Shown: positions 9,474 through 19,701, counted from the first letter of the stretch. The stretch: 64,000 nucleotides of DNA from Candidatus Limiplasma sp. (GCA_035353235.1 DAOPZG010000001.1:1319-65318), one strand, 5' to 3'. Made by a program: numbers and translations. Notes: generated by a model from the sequence alone, not told the origin.

Positions 9474-10423
9474 ATCGGCTGGAACATTTGCCCGAAATCG
9501 CCGGACGCGAGTTGGGCGGGCTGAATGCCGATGAAAGGCTGCATGCCAAAATCCTGAACGCCGCGACGGAACCCACCCGCGCGCCACGGATTCGCTGGCG
9601 GCCGGTTTTAGCCTCCTGCGTGGCGATCGTGTTGTGCCTGTCGCTGGGCCTGTGGGGCGTACCCCATCTGTTGCCCGCAAGCGTAACCGGCGTACCGGTG
9701 ATGAGCAGCCGAACCGCCGGGGGCGATGCGGCTGCCCTGTCCGGCGGAAGCCTCCGGGCGATGGACGTGCCCGCAGGCAGTGTAAGCGTTGGCGGCACAA
9801 CCCAGGCAGGAAGCATGTACCGCAATCTGTTTGCCCAGGAACGCAACGGGAATTATCCGCTGATTATAGCGGACGGCGCGATATACCGTATGCTCATCAG
9901 CCCCACCGATATGGATACCTCTCTGTTGGGCGAAAGCCTTGGTGAGGTAACGGAGTATACGCTGGAACCCGCGTTAAGCAACGGCGGCATTGTCAGCAAC
10001 GTGGTTTTCGCGGGCGATACCGTATATGCGGTGCAGGGCATGAAAGGCGCTATGGCAGCGGCCTATGTGAACGGCGGTCTTCGGGTTTTCCAGCGGGTCA
10101 GCTTCGCGGGCTCCGCGGTTCTGGACAGCGAATCCCTCGCCGATACGCTGATCGGCAGCCATACCGCGACCGCGATGGAACTGACCGACAGCGGCATTGT
10201 GGATGACCCCGCGACAGCCCAGAGCCTGATGCAAACCCTGCTGGACAACGCCGAGTACGACAGCGCCGCGTCCGGTACGGACGGTACCCGCAGCCTTTTA
10301 ATCAGCCTGGACAACGGATTGCTGATCCAGCTGATGGTAGGTCAGGACACCCTGAGCGCCTGTGGGACATGGAGCTGCCCGGAATTTTTCGATGCATACG
10401 CCACGGCAGTATCGCCATCCTGA
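9470..10423 (+). CDS. single-pass membrane protein translationally coupled to the ECF sigma (putative anti-sigma factor)
   Basis: Its ATG overlaps the sigma stop (ATGA at 9470-9473). The protein has a short cytoplasmic N-terminus, one TM (VLASCVAIVLCLSLGLWGV) and about 250 aa outside the membrane. I see no HxxxCxxC zinc motif. Confidence 0.5.
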   Translation: MNRLEHLPEIAGRELGGLNADERLHAKILNAATEPTRAPRIRWRPVLASCVAIVLCLSLGLWGVPHLLPASVTGVPVMSSRTAGGDAAALSGGSLRAMDVPAGSVSVGGTTQAGSMYRNLFAQERNGNYPLIIADGAIYRMLISPTDMDTSLLGESLGEVTEYTLEPALSNGGIVSNVVFAGDTVYAVQGMKGAMAAAYVNGGLRVFQRVSFAGSAVLDSESLADTLIGSHTATAMELTDSGIVDDPATAQSLMQTLLDNAEYDSAASGTDGTRSLLISLDNGLLIQLMVGQDTLSACGTWSCPEFFDAYATAVSPS

Positions 10424-10562
10424 TCCATCCATATCGTGCTCTACGGCCGCCGAACCCGGTTCCGGCGGCCGTTTTCGTTGCCGCTCCCTGTGTCGGGCGG
10501 CTTTTCTTCCCGGAGAAAACGTGCTATTATGGTAAAAGCTGCAAACGAAACGGAGGCCTTCG

Positions 10563-11486
10563 ATGAAACGCATCAGCATCATCGTTCCCTGTTATAACGA
10601 GGAGGAGTCAATTCCCCTGTTCTATCAGGCATGTCGGGAAGCGTTCACCAATCTTCCCGCCGAGCCGGAATGGTGGTTCGTGGACGACGGCAGCAACGAC
10701 GCGACGCTTTCGTGCCTCAAGGCGCTTCGGCGGGAGGATCCACGCGCCCATTACATCAGCTTCAGCCGCAATTTTGGCAAGGAGTCCGCCATGTACGCGG
10801 GGCTGGAAGCCGCCACGGGCGATTATATCGCCGTGATGGACGCGGATCTGCAGGATCCGCCTTCGCTGCTGGGGCAGATGCTGGAAGGCCTGGAAAGCGG
10901 CGAATACGACTGCGTAGCCACCCGCCGCGTCACTCGCAAAGGCGAGCCGAAAATTCGTTCGTTTTTCGCCCGCAAGTTTTACCGTTTGATTAACCGCATC
11001 AGCAAAACCGAAGTCGTGGATGGTGCCCGGGATTTTCGCCTGATGAGTCGTCGCATGGTGGACGCCATCCTGTCCCTGAAAGAAGTCAGCCGTTTCAGCA
11101 AGGGCATTTTCAGCTGGGTCGGCTATAAAACCAAGTGGCTGGAATTCGAGAACGTACAGCGTGTGGCCGGAGAGACCAAGTGGTCGTTCTGGAAACTGCT
11201 GGTATACTCGCTGGACGGGATTATCGGCTTCTCCACCGCGCCGCTGGCGATAGCCAGCATTATGGGAATGCTGTTCTGTCTGCTGGCATTTGTGATGATC
11301 CTGTATTTTTTTATTAAAACCATTCTCTGGGGCGATCCGGTAGCGGGCTTCCCCGCAATGATCTGTATTATCCTGCTGCTGGGTGGCATCCAGCTTTTCT
11401 GCATCGGCATCCTCGGCCAGTACTTAAGCAAAACCTATCTGGAAACCAAACGCCGCCCCATCTACATTGCCAGCGAGAAGGAGTGA
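10563..11486 (+). CDS. family 2 glycosyltransferase, GtrB/polyprenyl-phosphate glycosyltransferase type
   Basis: MKRISIIVPCYNEEESIP...WWFVDDGSNDAT...VMDADLQDPP... plus two C-terminal TM segments is typical of the GtrB/CsbB/ArnC class. Confidence 0.85.
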   Translation: MKRISIIVPCYNEEESIPLFYQACREAFTNLPAEPEWWFVDDGSNDATLSCLKALRREDPRAHYISFSRNFGKESAMYAGLEAATGDYIAVMDADLQDPPSLLGQMLEGLESGEYDCVATRRVTRKGEPKIRSFFARKFYRLINRISKTEVVDGARDFRLMSRRMVDAILSLKEVSRFSKGIFSWVGYKTKWLEFENVQRVAGETKWSFWKLLVYSLDGIIGFSTAPLAIASIMGMLFCLLAFVMILYFFIKTILWGDPVAGFPAMICIILLLGGIQLFCIGILGQYLSKTYLETKRRPIYIASEKE

Positions 11487-11490
11487 TCCC

Positions 11491-12570
11491 ATGTCCGTTA
11501 CCCGCTCCATGAAGATCGACAGCATTCCCCTCGGCGGCGGCGCGCCTGTTACCGTGCAAAGCATGACCAATACCGACACGCGCGACGCGCAGGCTACGCT
11601 TGCGCAGGTGCATGCGCTGGCCTCCGCCGGGGCGGACATCGTTCGTGTCAGCGTATATGACGACGCCTGCCTGCCCGCTTTTCGCCAGATTGTGGATGGT
11701 GCTTCCGTGCCGATTGTGGCGGATATTCACTATCGCGCCGATCTTGCGGTGGGCGCGCTGGAAAACGGCGCGGCCAAGGTACGCATCAACCCCGGTAACA
11801 TCGGTTCCGCCGAAAAAGTCCGTCTGGTGGCCGATTGCGCTAAAGCCCATCATGCACCGATCCGCATCGGTGTGAACAGCGGCTCCATCGAGAAAGACAT
11901 ACTTCGCCGCGACGGCGGCGTAACCGCGCAGGGAATGCTGGATAGCGCTCTAGCCCACGCCCGGCTGCTGGAAACCGTCGGGTTTTCCGATATTGTGTTA
12001 AGCCTCAAGGCGACCGACGTGCCGCTGACTGTGGCGGCTTACGAACTGGCCGCTAAGCAAACCGATTATCCCCTGCATGTGGGCGTTACCGAAGCGGGGT
12101 TGCCCGGCGAGGGCAATATCAAGAGCGCCGTCGGCATCGGAAGCCTCCTTTTACACGGCATCGGGGATACCATCCGCGTATCGCTGACCGGCGATCCTGT
12201 GCCGGAAGTGGCGGCCGCGCTTGAAATTTTAAAAGCCTGTGGGTTGCGCAAAGACTATGTGAACGTCATTTCCTGCCCCACCTGCGGCCGTACCAGCATT
12301 GATGTGCCCGGTATCGCCGCGCAGGTAAAGCAGGCGTTCGCGGGCGTGCGCGTGCCGCTGACCGTAGCGGTCATGGGCTGTGTGGTCAACGGCCCCGGCG
12401 AAGCGCGGGAGGCCGACATCGGTCTGGCGGGCGGCGGGCTGGCCGAAGGTGGCTCCGGGTACGCAGTCGGCGCGATATTTGAAAAAGGCAAACCACCGGA
12501 ACGCGTGCAGGGCGATCTGGCCGCCCAGCTGATTGAACGGATCTGGCGCCTGCTCCGGGAAAAAACCTGA
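11491..12570 (+). CDS. ispG: 4-hydroxy-3-methylbut-2-en-1-yl diphosphate synthase (flavodoxin)
   Basis: ..APVTVQSMTNTDT...IVRVSV...KVRINPGNIG...ISCPTCGRT...GCVVNGPGEA are canonical IspG motifs, including the Cys ligands. The ATG at 11491 follows GAAGGAG. Confidence 0.9.
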   Translation: MSVTRSMKIDSIPLGGGAPVTVQSMTNTDTRDAQATLAQVHALASAGADIVRVSVYDDACLPAFRQIVDGASVPIVADIHYRADLAVGALENGAAKVRINPGNIGSAEKVRLVADCAKAHHAPIRIGVNSGSIEKDILRRDGGVTAQGMLDSALAHARLLETVGFSDIVLSLKATDVPLTVAAYELAAKQTDYPLHVGVTEAGLPGEGNIKSAVGIGSLLLHGIGDTIRVSLTGDPVPEVAAALEILKACGLRKDYVNVISCPTCGRTSIDVPGIAAQVKQAFAGVRVPLTVAVMGCVVNGPGEAREADIGLAGGGLAEGGSGYAVGAIFEKGKPPERVQGDLAAQLIERIWRLLREKT

Positions 12571-12611
12571 CCGTAGTTACCCGCTACCAAACGCACAATG
12601 AGGGATCGATT

Positions 12612-15600
12612 TTGAACAAGACCGAACTGATTCATGTTTTGGAAGAAACCGTTCCTCCCCTGAAAGAAAAACTGCATGTGGAGCGCGTGCTGTACCGCAA
12701 GGCCGATAACAAGGCCTATTTCAGTTTGCTCAGCGACGTGCTGGTGCCGGAGGTGGATTTTCTGGCGCTGGAACGCCGCCTGCGCGGGCTGTTTCCCAAG
12801 ATGCAGATCGCGCTTCGCGTAGCCTCGCCCGGTCTTGCGGAAGCGTTTACGAAGGACATCAGCCAGTATACGCAGGTACTCAAGGATTTTTTACGCCGCC
12901 AAAGCCCGGCGCTTCGCACCTGGCTGGACGACGTGGGTTGGAGTGTGGACGAGGGCCGCATATTGCTGACCTGCCCGGATGATTTCGCGATTGCGTTTTT
13001 CCGTCGCAACGGGCTGGATGAGAAGCTTTCCCGCGCCGTATGGGATATTTTCCGACTCAAAATGCCTGTGGCGTTGGTAAAATGCGGCGAGCGCGAAGCC
13101 TGGGTGGAAAAGATGCGGGCCGAAACCGCGCGCCGCAGGGAGCAGGAGCAGGCTGAGAACCGTGCGGGAAACCCCCATACCGCGGCACTGACCGACAACC
13201 TGCCGCCGCACGGAGGCCCCGCCCCATGGAAAGACACGCCCGCCTCCACGGTTGCCGTCACAGTCGATGCGCCCAATCAAACAACACAGGTGCGTTCACG
13301 GCGTACCGACGAATCCGCCGCGCCCCGTAAGCCCGGCACCTCCAAGGGCCCTGTGCTGAAGGGCCGCGCGATTGCCGACCCGCCTGTTCCCATTGTGGAG
13401 CTGGCCGAGGACAGCGGCGTGGTCGTAGTGGAAGGTGAAATCATCGGTGTGAACGAACCCAAGGAGTTAAAGGGCGGCGAAACGGTGCTGGTCACTTTCT
13501 CGGTGGGCGACGACACCTCCACCATCTACTGCAAAGCCTTTTATAATTATCGCATGAAGCGCGCTGGTTTCGGCGAAACACCCGCCCCGCCCACCGAAGA
13601 AGAGCGCGACCGCGTCGCAAAACAGGTGCAGGGGATTCAAAACGGCCTGCGCGTGCGCGTGCGCGGGGATTGCCGGCAAGATACGTTCGTGGGCGATCTG
13701 TCGCTTGCGGTACGCGATATGCAGCAAATGCCCAAGCGCGAGCGGCAGGATCTGGCCCCGGAAAACGATAAACGCATTGAATTGCACATGCACAGCACCA
13801 TGAGCGCCATGGACGCGACCGCCGATGCGGGCGAACTGGTGGCGCAGGCTGCCAAATGGGGTCATACCGCCGTGGCGATTACCGATCACGGCGTTACACA
13901 GGCATTTCCCGCGGCATTCGGCGCGGCTAAAAAGAACAACATCAAATTTATCCCCGGCGTGGAGGGCTACCTGTGCGACCTGATCCCGCTGGTAGAGGAA
14001 GCGGATGATCGTTCCTTTGGCAGCCCCGTTGTGGTGTTCGATTTTGAAACCACCGGCTTGTATCCCACGGCGGACCGCATCATCGAGATCGGCGCGGTGC
14101 GGCTGGTGGACGGCAAGGTAACAGACGAGCTGAGTTTGCTCTGCGACCCCGGCGTACCGTTAAAACCCAAGATCACGGAAATTACCGGCATCACGGATAT
14201 TATGCTCAGCGGCAAGGAAAGCCCCGCCGAGGCAGTGCGGAAACTGCTTGATTTTATCGGGGATAACGCGGTCGCCGCGCATAACGCACCGTTCGATATG
14301 GGTTTTCTGCGGGCGGAGTGCGGGCGGATGGGCGTTACGTTCAGCGCCCCCGTGGTTGATACGCTGGTGCTGGCACGCAGGCTGTACCCCGGGCAGCGCA
14401 GCTATAAACTGGGCGCGCTGTGCCGCCAGCTGGGCGTATCGCTGAAGAACGCACACCGCGCCGTGCACGACGCGGGGGCTACCGCCCTGTGCCTGGCCGC
14501 GATGTTTGGCGAGTTAACCAAGCGCGGTGCCCATACCCTGAGCGAGATCGACGGGGTTGTGCAGGGCGAAAGCATGAGCGACACCCATCACATCACCCTG
14601 CTGTGTACCAGCCAGAAGGGCATGGAAAACCTGAACCACCTCGTCAGCGAAGGTCATGTCAACTATTACTACCGTCACCCCAACATGCCCCGACACCTGA
14701 TTACCAGATACCGGGAAGGGCTGCTGGTAGGCAGCGCGTGCGAGGCGGGCGAGGTATTCCGCGCCGTCGTGGCTGGCAAACCGGATGATGAACTGGACCG
14801 CGTCGCGGCCTTCTACGATTATCTGGAGATTATGCCGCTGGCCAACAACCATTTCATGCTGAAAACCGGCGAAGCGAAGGACGAGGAACAGCTTCAGGCC
14901 TTCAACCGCCGGATCGTCGCACTGGGCGAACGGTTGGGCAAACCCGTGGTCGCCACCGGCGACGCGCATTTTAAAGACCCGCAGGACGCGGTTTACCGCG
15001 CCATTCTGCAAGCCGGCCTGGGATACGAGGACTGTGACGAGCAGCCGCCGCTGTATTTCCGCACCACCGACGAAATGCTGGCGGAGTTTGCCTATCTGGG
15101 CGAGAAGAAAGCCCATGAGGTGGTTGTGGAAGCACCCCGCGCCATCGCCGACCGGGTAGGCGAGCTGCGGCTGTTCCCCAAGCACCCCAAAGGAGAGGAC
15201 ACCTTCCAGCCTTTCTGGCCGGACGCGGCCAACGATATTGAAACCATGACGTGGAACCGCGCGCACGAACTGTACGGCGATCCCCTGCCGGAGCTGATTG
15301 ACGCGCGCATCAAAAAAGAGCTGGGCAGCATCATCGGGTATGGTTTTGCCACTCTGTATTCCATCGCGCAGAAGCTGGTGGCCAAATCCCTTTCGGATGG
15401 CTATCTGGTCGGCTCCCGCGGCAGCGTGGGCAGTTCACTGGTAGCCACCATGTGCGGCATCACGGAGGTAAACCCGCTGCCCGCGCATTACCGGTGCGAT
15501 CACTGCCACAAAGCTTTCTTCACCCCGCCGGAGCTGGGCGCGGTCGGTGTGGACCTGCCGGATCAGAACTGCGAGTTCTGCGGGGAACCGCTTAAAAAGG

Positions 15601-17084
15601 ATGGTTATTCGATCCCCTTTGAAGTGTTTCTGGGCTTTAAAGGCGATAAAGTGCCGGATATTGACCTCAACTTCTCCGGCGAATACCAGCCCCGTGCGCA
15701 CGCCTATATCGAGGAGCTGTTCGGCAAGGGCTACGTGTACCGCGCAGGCACCATCAGCGGTCTGGCGGAAAAAACCGCCTACGGTTTCGCCGCCAAGTAT
15801 CTGGAAGAACGCGGCATCCGCGCCGGACGCGCCCACAAGGAGCGGCTGGCGGCGGGCTGCATGGGCGTAAAACGCACCACGGGCCAGCATCCGGGCGGCA
15901 TTGTGGTACTGCCCAAGGAATTTGACATCTGCCAGTTCACCGCCATCCAGCATCCCGCCGACGACATTGAGGGCGACACCCTTACCACCCACTACGACTT
16001 CCGTTCCATGCACGATATTCTGGTCAAGCTGGACTGTCTGGGCCACGACGACCCCACCATGATGCACCGGCTGGAAGAACTGACCGGCGTCAACTTCAAG
16101 GAAATCCCTCTGGACGACCCTAAGGTAATGAGCCTGTTTACCAGCCCGGACGCGCTGGGCGTTACGCAGGATCAGATCATGAGCCCCACGGGCACGCTGG
16201 GCATTCCGGAATTCGGCACCCAGTTCGTGCAGGGAATGCTGCTGGACACCCGCCCCGCCACCATGGAAGAACTGGTACGCATCTCCGGCCTGAGCCACGG
16301 CACCGACGTATGGCTGGGCAACGCCAAAGACCTGATTGACAGCGGCACCGCCAAACTGCCCCAATGCTTCTGTACCCGTGACGACATCATGAATTTCCTC
16401 ATTGCCAAGGGCGTGCCCAACAAAATGAGCTTCGATATCATGGAAAGCGTTCGTAAGGGCAAGGGCCTCAAACCGGAAATGGAACAGGAAATGCTGGCCC
16501 ATGACGTACCGCAGTGGGCCATCGACAGCTGCAAAAAAATCAAGTACATGTTCCCGCGCGGGCACGCGGTCGCCTATGTCACCATGGGTTTACGCGTAGC
16601 GTGGTATAAGGTGTATCGCCCCCTTGCCTATTACGCCGCCTATTTCACCATCCGCGCCGACGGGTTTGACGCAGGCACCATGATCCTCTCCAACGCCTCG
16701 CTGCGCGACCGTTTAAAAGAGTACGACGCGAAGGACGAAAAATTGAATCCCAAGGAAAAGCTGGAGCAAAACGCCCTGCATATGATCCTGGAAATGCAGG
16801 AGCGCGGTATCCGTTTGCTGCCCGCGGACCTGTACCACAGCGACAAGAAAAAGTTTCTGCCAGAGAACGGCAATCTGCGCTGCCCGTATCTGTCCATCAA
16901 CGGCTTCCCCGAAGCGGCGGCGGACGGTATTCTGGAAGCGCGGAGCACGCCCTTCCTGTCGGTGGAGGACCTGCGGATGCGCGCACATCTGGGCGCCAGC
17001 ATCACGGATATGCTGCGGGCGCAGGGCGCGCTGGAGGGGCTGCCGGAAACCAGTCAGGTGGATATGTTCTCCATTCTCCAATGA
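12612..17084 (+). CDS. polC: DNA polymerase III alpha subunit, PolC type
   Basis: The 1490-aa product has a PHP domain (ELHMHSTMSAMDA), an inserted DEDDh exonuclease (VVFDFETTGL...AHNAPFDMGFL) and a polymerase core (..GSRGSVGSS..DIDLNF..). The start is TTG. Confidence 0.95.
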   Translation: MNKTELIHVLEETVPPLKEKLHVERVLYRKADNKAYFSLLSDVLVPEVDFLALERRLRGLFPKMQIALRVASPGLAEAFTKDISQYTQVLKDFLRRQSPALRTWLDDVGWSVDEGRILLTCPDDFAIAFFRRNGLDEKLSRAVWDIFRLKMPVALVKCGEREAWVEKMRAETARRREQEQAENRAGNPHTAALTDNLPPHGGPAPWKDTPASTVAVTVDAPNQTTQVRSRRTDESAAPRKPGTSKGPVLKGRAIADPPVPIVELAEDSGVVVVEGEIIGVNEPKELKGGETVLVTFSVGDDTSTIYCKAFYNYRMKRAGFGETPAPPTEEERDRVAKQVQGIQNGLRVRVRGDCRQDTFVGDLSLAVRDMQQMPKRERQDLAPENDKRIELHMHSTMSAMDATADAGELVAQAAKWGHTAVAITDHGVTQAFPAAFGAAKKNNIKFIPGVEGYLCDLIPLVEEADDRSFGSPVVVFDFETTGLYPTADRIIEIGAVRLVDGKVTDELSLLCDPGVPLKPKITEITGITDIMLSGKESPAEAVRKLLDFIGDNAVAAHNAPFDMGFLRAECGRMGVTFSAPVVDTLVLARRLYPGQRSYKLGALCRQLGVSLKNAHRAVHDAGATALCLAAMFGELTKRGAHTLSEIDGVVQGESMSDTHHITLLCTSQKGMENLNHLVSEGHVNYYYRHPNMPRHLITRYREGLLVGSACEAGEVFRAVVAGKPDDELDRVAAFYDYLEIMPLANNHFMLKTGEAKDEEQLQAFNRRIVALGERLGKPVVATGDAHFKDPQDAVYRAILQAGLGYEDCDEQPPLYFRTTDEMLAEFAYLGEKKAHEVVVEAPRAIADRVGELRLFPKHPKGEDTFQPFWPDAANDIETMTWNRAHELYGDPLPELIDARIKKELGSIIGYGFATLYSIAQKLVAKSLSDGYLVGSRGSVGSSLVATMCGITEVNPLPAHYRCDHCHKAFFTPPELGAVGVDLPDQNCEFCGEPLKKDGYSIPFEVFLGFKGDKVPDIDLNFSGEYQPRAHAYIEELFGKGYVYRAGTISGLAEKTAYGFAAKYLEERGIRAGRAHKERLAAGCMGVKRTTGQHPGGIVVLPKEFDICQFTAIQHPADDIEGDTLTTHYDFRSMHDILVKLDCLGHDDPTMMHRLEELTGVNFKEIPLDDPKVMSLFTSPDALGVTQDQIMSPTGTLGIPEFGTQFVQGMLLDTRPATMEELVRISGLSHGTDVWLGNAKDLIDSGTAKLPQCFCTRDDIMNFLIAKGVPNKMSFDIMESVRKGKGLKPEMEQEMLAHDVPQWAIDSCKKIKYMFPRGHAVAYVTMGLRVAWYKVYRPLAYYAAYFTIRADGFDAGTMILSNASLRDRLKEYDAKDEKLNPKEKLEQNALHMILEMQERGIRLLPADLYHSDKKKFLPENGNLRCPYLSINGFPEAAADGILEARSTPFLSVEDLRMRAHLGASITDMLRAQGALEGLPETSQVDMFSILQ

Positions 17085-17140
17085 GTCACGCCTCCCGATT
17101 CAATACCCTACCATTTGGGTATGTTTTTAATGGGAATCCG

Positions 17141-17170
17141 TTGACAAGGCCCCATACCCGATGGTAAGAT
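17141..17170 (+). promoter_or_regulatory. sigma-A-type promoter of the DUF1858 gene
   Basis: TTGACA-18 nt-TAAGAT. The 5' UTR contains the hairpin TGCGGAGCC-aa-GGCTCCGCA at 17174-17193. Confidence 0.5.
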
Positions 17171-17214
17171 ATTTGCGGAGCCAAGGCTCCGCACCTGAAA
17201 GTGAGGAAAAAACA

Positions 17215-17421
17215 ATGGCAAACGTAAACAAGAATATGGCAATCAGCGAGGTGCTCAAACTGGACAGCACCACCGCAAGCGTGTTTATGCAGTTCGGCAT
17301 GACCTGCCTGAGCTGCCCCTTCGCCACATCCGAATCGCTGGAACAGGCTTCCGCCGCCCACGGTGTGGATGTTCACAACCTTGTGGAAAAACTGAACGAT
17401 CATCTGGCCCAAAAGGCCTGA
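17215..17421 (+). CDS. DUF1858-type small redox-disulfide protein
   Basis: MANVNKNMAISEVLKLDSTTASVFMQFGMTCLSCPFATSESLEQASAAHGVDVHNLVEKLN has the CxxC pattern of DUF1858 / hybrid-cluster-associated disulfide proteins. Confidence 0.65.
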   Translation: MANVNKNMAISEVLKLDSTTASVFMQFGMTCLSCPFATSESLEQASAAHGVDVHNLVEKLNDHLAQKA

Positions 17422-17533
17422 GTTTTCCACGCGATCAGTCCCTATCCCTTATGAGATAAGGTTTCTCGTTTTCCACGTTCTTTCAGTCAATTCTATGGAA
17501 AAGTAGTGGAAAGCATATGGAAAGGATTGCGAC

Positions 17534-18010
17534 ATGAAGATCAATTCCGCCCAGGAAGCCCTTTTCGTCGCCTGTGAAATGGAACGCGGCGCAATCCAGC
17601 TTTACGAACGCTCGCTGATGCTGCTCAGCAGCCTGGGACGGGAGAAGGAACCCCTTCGCGCCCACCTTGCTTCGATGCTGGCAGACGAAAAACAGCACCT
17701 GCTCCAGTTTCAGGAACTGTACACCGGGCTGGAAGCTTCGGTGGAAGAACAGCTGGCGCTGTCTGCGGTCGCCTCATCCGTGCTGTTCGACGGTGGTCTG
17801 ATGGGCGCCGTTCGGCAGGGGTTGCTTCAGGATGAACGCAGCATGCTCTCCTTCGCGGCCAACGCGGAACAAACCGCAGCGGCAACGTATCGGGGATTCT
17901 CCGAGCAAAGCAACGATCCGCACGCAAGCGAAATGCTGACAGGCATCGCGCTGGAAGAAGACAAACACCTGAAAACCCTTCGGGAACATCTGGCTTCGTT
18001 GGAAGCCTGA
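17534..18010 (+). CDS. ferritin-like (rubrerythrin-type diiron) domain protein
   Basis: Two half-sites are visible: EMERGA...DEKQH and NAEQTA...EEDKH, matching the E...ExxH x2 diiron ligand pattern. Confidence 0.65.
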   Translation: MKINSAQEALFVACEMERGAIQLYERSLMLLSSLGREKEPLRAHLASMLADEKQHLLQFQELYTGLEASVEEQLALSAVASSVLFDGGLMGAVRQGLLQDERSMLSFAANAEQTAAATYRGFSEQSNDPHASEMLTGIALEEDKHLKTLREHLASLEA

Positions 18011-18023
18011 TCCAACCTGGTGT

Positions 18024-18059
18024 AAACGCCGCCCGCTGTAATGCGAAAGGGCGGCGTTT
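18024..18059 (+). terminator. hairpin after the ferritin-like gene
   Basis: AAACGCCGCCC-N14-GGGCGGCGTTT has an 11-bp stem and only a short T run. Confidence 0.45.
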
Positions 18060-18096
18060 GCCTGTATCCTCAATCTACAATCGAGGGGGCTTTCCC

Positions 18097-18609
18097 ATGC
18101 CTGCGGAAAACCGTGATCGTCGCGCTGCCACAGCCACCACCCGAATTGCGCTGAGTGGGATGATGGCCGCGCTGATCTTCGTGGCGACCTACTTCGTTAA
18201 GCTTCCGATGGCGATGACCAACGGCTATGTCCATCTCGGCGATGGTTTTATTCTTCTGGCAGCGTCCATGCTGGGTTGGGCTGCCGTACCCGCAGCCGCA
18301 GTGGGCAGCATGCTGGCAGACCTGATGGGTGGCTACGCCATGTACCTGCTGCCCACCTTCCTCATCAAGGGCGCGGTAGCCGCCGTTGCGGTGCTGGTCC
18401 TGAAAACAAAACATGAATGGCTGAAGGTGCTGGGCCTGATCGCCGCCGAAGCCGTGATGGTCGGCGGATATTTTCTGGCGGAATGGCTTGTGCTTGGTTA
18501 TGGCCTTGTGGCCGCCACCGCAAGCGTACTGGGCAACACCCTGCAGGGACTCAGCGGTGTGGTGATCGGCCTGCTGCTGATCCCCATGACCCGGCGCATT
18601 CATCTGTAA
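18097..18609 (+). CDS. ECF transporter S (substrate-capture) component, substrate unknown
   Basis: It is about 170 aa with 5-6 TM segments and an N-terminal ..TTRIALSGMMAALIFVATYFVKLP... typical of ECF S components. No riboswitch-like leader is visible. Confidence 0.6.
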   Translation: MPAENRDRRAATATTRIALSGMMAALIFVATYFVKLPMAMTNGYVHLGDGFILLAASMLGWAAVPAAAVGSMLADLMGGYAMYLLPTFLIKGAVAAVAVLVLKTKHEWLKVLGLIAAEAVMVGGYFLAEWLVLGYGLVAATASVLGNTLQGLSGVVIGLLLIPMTRRIHL

Positions 18610-18704
18610 ATCGGTTTCTGCCATCCATTTTTTTGGAATGTATTGCTTTTCCGGGGGTTTGATGGTAAGATAATCCTACGAATCCTCAAGGAGGTTGTGA
18701 GCGT

Positions 18705-18941
18705 ATGTCCGTAGCCCAATGGATTGTTGGCATTCTACTGATGCTCTCGGCGATTGTGATGATCGTAACCGTTTTGATGCAGAGCAGCGAACGTACCGGC
18801 ATCGGTGCGGTAAGCGGCGCTGCGGAGACCTTTTTCGGCAAGAACAAGGCACGCGGTATGGACGCCAAACTGGCGCTGGTTACCAAGATTTGCACCGGTT
18901 TGTTCGTAGGTCTCAGCATTGTGATGATGCTGCTGGACTGA
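18705..18941 (+). CDS. secG: preprotein translocase subunit SecG
   Basis: The 78-aa product has two TM segments and the conserved ..VLMQSSERTGIGAVSGAAETFFG... motif. AAGGAGG is the SD and a strong terminator follows. Confidence 0.85.
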   Translation: MSVAQWIVGILLMLSAIVMIVTVLMQSSERTGIGAVSGAAETFFGKNKARGMDAKLALVTKICTGLFVGLSIVMMLLD

Positions 18942-18956
18942 TGAGAGTGAATCCAC

Positions 18957-18989
18957 AAAACGGCCGTTCTGAATGAGCGGCCGTTTTTT
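18957..18989 (+). terminator. intrinsic terminator after secG
   Basis: ACGGCCG-N11-CGGCCGT followed by TTTTTT. Confidence 0.75.
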
Positions 18990-19015
18990 GTCCCCTTCTG
19001 GAAGGAGGTTCGCCA

Positions 19016-19678
19016 ATGAACCCTGAAACTGTTACCCTCCGGCTTGAAGAGCCGTCCGACGAACGCGAGGTCGAAAGCGTCATCCGCGACGCATTCTGGA
19101 ACCAGTACGGGCCTGGCTGCAGCGAACACTATCTGGCCCATCTGCTGCGGCATTCTCCCGACTTTGTTCCCGGGTTGGACCTGTTGGCCGAAGCGGGCGG
19201 ACGCATCGTCGGCAGCATCCTGTATACCCACGCTCACATCCTGCTGGACAAGGGCGGAGAAGTCCCTGTTCTCTCCTTCGGCCCGCTTGCGGTGCACCCG
19301 GATGTGCAACGGCTTGGCATCGGCGGACGGCTGATCCGTTCCACGCAACAGCAGGCACGTGAATCCGGCGCGCGCGCAATCCTCATTTATGGCGATCCCG
19401 CTTATTACAGCCGATATGGATTTGTCCCGGCGGAAACCTACCGCATTGGCACGCCGCAAAACCAGTATCTGGCACCTTTACAGGCCTACGAGCTTTGGGA
19501 AGGCGCACTGGCCGACGCAGCGGGCCGTTTTGTGGAATCCCCCGTTTTCGACCAGTTGGATCCCGACCGGGTTGCGGAGTTCGACCGACAGTTCCCACCC
19601 AGGGAGAAGCTGGAGGGCACGCCCGCTCAGAAACGTTTTCAGGAAACCCTGAAGATGATCAAACCCAGAGAATTATAA
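19016..19678 (+). CDS. GNAT family N-acetyltransferase (YhbS-like)
   Basis: ..LAVHPDVQRLGIGGRLI... is an acetyl-CoA binding motif (Q/RxxGxG) in a 220-aa protein. Confidence 0.8.
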   Translation: MNPETVTLRLEEPSDEREVESVIRDAFWNQYGPGCSEHYLAHLLRHSPDFVPGLDLLAEAGGRIVGSILYTHAHILLDKGGEVPVLSFGPLAVHPDVQRLGIGGRLIRSTQQQARESGARAILIYGDPAYYSRYGFVPAETYRIGTPQNQYLAPLQAYELWEGALADAAGRFVESPVFDQLDPDRVAEFDRQFPPREKLEGTPAQKRFQETLKMIKPREL

Positions 19679-19701
19679 ACCTCAAACAGGGATTGACCCA
19701 T

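Noticed and set aside
18010-18096. A vitamin or cofactor riboswitch in front of the ECF S-component gene.
   Set aside because: The 86-nt spacer is mostly occupied by the terminator hairpin of the preceding gene, and no conserved riboswitch core is recognisable.
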